64,000 nucleotides of DNA from Stegostoma tigrinum (lineage: Eukaryota). The notes below the pieces were generated by a model. It searched no databases. It saw nothing but the letters and a program-made list of their open reading frames with translations, and was not told the origin of the DNA. Position 1 is the stretch's first letter; the number at the start of each line of letters is the position of its first letter. The DNA lies in contig NC_081387.1 of the NCBI RefSeq assembly GCF_030684315.1, positions 24,856,647-24,920,646 of the forward strand, in the 5' to 3' direction. Positions 62,881-64,000 of the stretch are shown one piece after another. The translations under genes were made by a program, and so were the position numbers.

Positions 62881-64000
62881 GTTTCCTTCTGATTGTTGCA
62901 CATTGATTTGGATTTGGAGTTATTTGAGGGTGTTTTTTAAATGTGATGATGCTCTTGGTTCTCTCTTAGAACAGACTGTTCCAATTCAGTGTTATCAAAT
63001 TGGGAATCTGGGGAGGCAATCAGGTGTATTGGAATCTTGCATGATGAGGAGATTGTGAATCTGAGCAAGGAAATCAGAAAATTGTTCATCTTGTCGGATC
63101 AGGGTATTGCAAATGTGAGAGAAACAATCAGGAACTTGGTAACCTTGCAGGATGAAGGGATTGGGAATCTGAGCGATGGAATCAAGAGTTTGGGATTAAG
63201 AAACTAACACTAAGGGAAAGAAATAGATCATGTGTCCTCCCCATGAGCTTGCAGAATCATTTGATAAGGTCATGGCTGGCATTTGACCTCAAGGTGATTC
63301 TCCACCCAGAGTCTAGCATTTCCTGCCATCTGTGGTGATGAAAAGCTTCTGTTCTCAACCTCAGTAATTGAGGATTGGAAATATTTGAAAGAAGGGTGAC
63401 CTATTAGGTGAATACAAAACTCTGAGGAGCTGGCATAGAGTGGAGTGTTTGAGTCTTTACCCAGGGTAGAAATGCGAAATAGTGCCAGTATTCTTTTAAA
63501 ATGAGAGTTTGAACGTTTAAAGCAAGTGTGTGAGGGTAATTAGTTGGTTCCTGGGAATGCACTGCCAGGAGATGTTGTAGAAATAGATACAACAGCAACG
63601 TTTAAGTGGCATTTAGACATACCACCAAGATTCAGAAAATAGTCGGATATGGCACAAGCAGAAGGGATTAGTTCAGAATACCACCATTGTCGGAGCTGAC
63701 ATATTGGTCTGAAGAGTCTGTTGCTGTTCTGTGTTATTCTGAGTTGAATGTTTTAAGAACAGCCAACTCCCTCGAAGTAGCAACAGGAAAGTAACGACAC
63801 ATATAGGAGGGAGAATAAAAAACATTTTGATCCCAGATCAGTTCTTGGTAAAACATAGATAAATGTTCTGTTTACTATCCAGTGTTGCGAAACCACATCA
63901 ATGGTTTTAAAAGCAGGCCAGCAGGTCACTTGAGGTGTAAGATGATGAGATAGAGAGCTGAGTGTAAAAATCACTCCAGTCAACATGTAAGCACTATTGA

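Larger units (their letters stand above)
25500..64000 (+). repeat. Tandem segmental duplication array carrying TNF-like genes (4 units visible, runs off the window)
   Basis: Gene, 3'UTR and spacer blocks recur at offsets 8981, 11979 and 11983. The ORF track repeats almost verbatim. The window end matches spacer sequence near 43435-43470. Confidence 0.95.

Overview
Eukaryotic, repeat-rich vertebrate DNA. The HE1-type SINE, the CR1 LINEs and the Penelope tails point to a cartilaginous fish, probably a shark (inference). Positions 1-25 kb are intergenic: decayed CR1/L2 LINEs, SINEs and Penelope-like element (PLE) fragments, separated by short non-repeat islands carrying NF-kB/ETS/AP-1/IRF motifs. 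From about 25.5 kb to the end there is a head-to-tail tandem array of four intact 4-exon TNF-alpha-like genes on the + strand, each encoding 238 aa. Copy 1 differs from copy 2 at 29/238 aa, concentrated in the stalk exon. Copies 2-4 differ from each other by only 1-3 aa. ATG-to-ATG spacing is 8981, 11979 and 11983 bp. Units 2 and 3 each carry the same ~4.07-kb two-ORF CR1 (dead), which is absent after copies 1 and 4. Copy 4 has a young PLE in intron 1, with a 14-bp TSD and a minimal hammerhead-ribozyme core in sense orientation. The same hammerhead motif recurs in several PLE tails, including a palindrome with 100-bp arms. The window ends inside the repeat-unit spacer, so the array may continue. 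Most short ORFs in the supplied track are repeat-derived or spurious.
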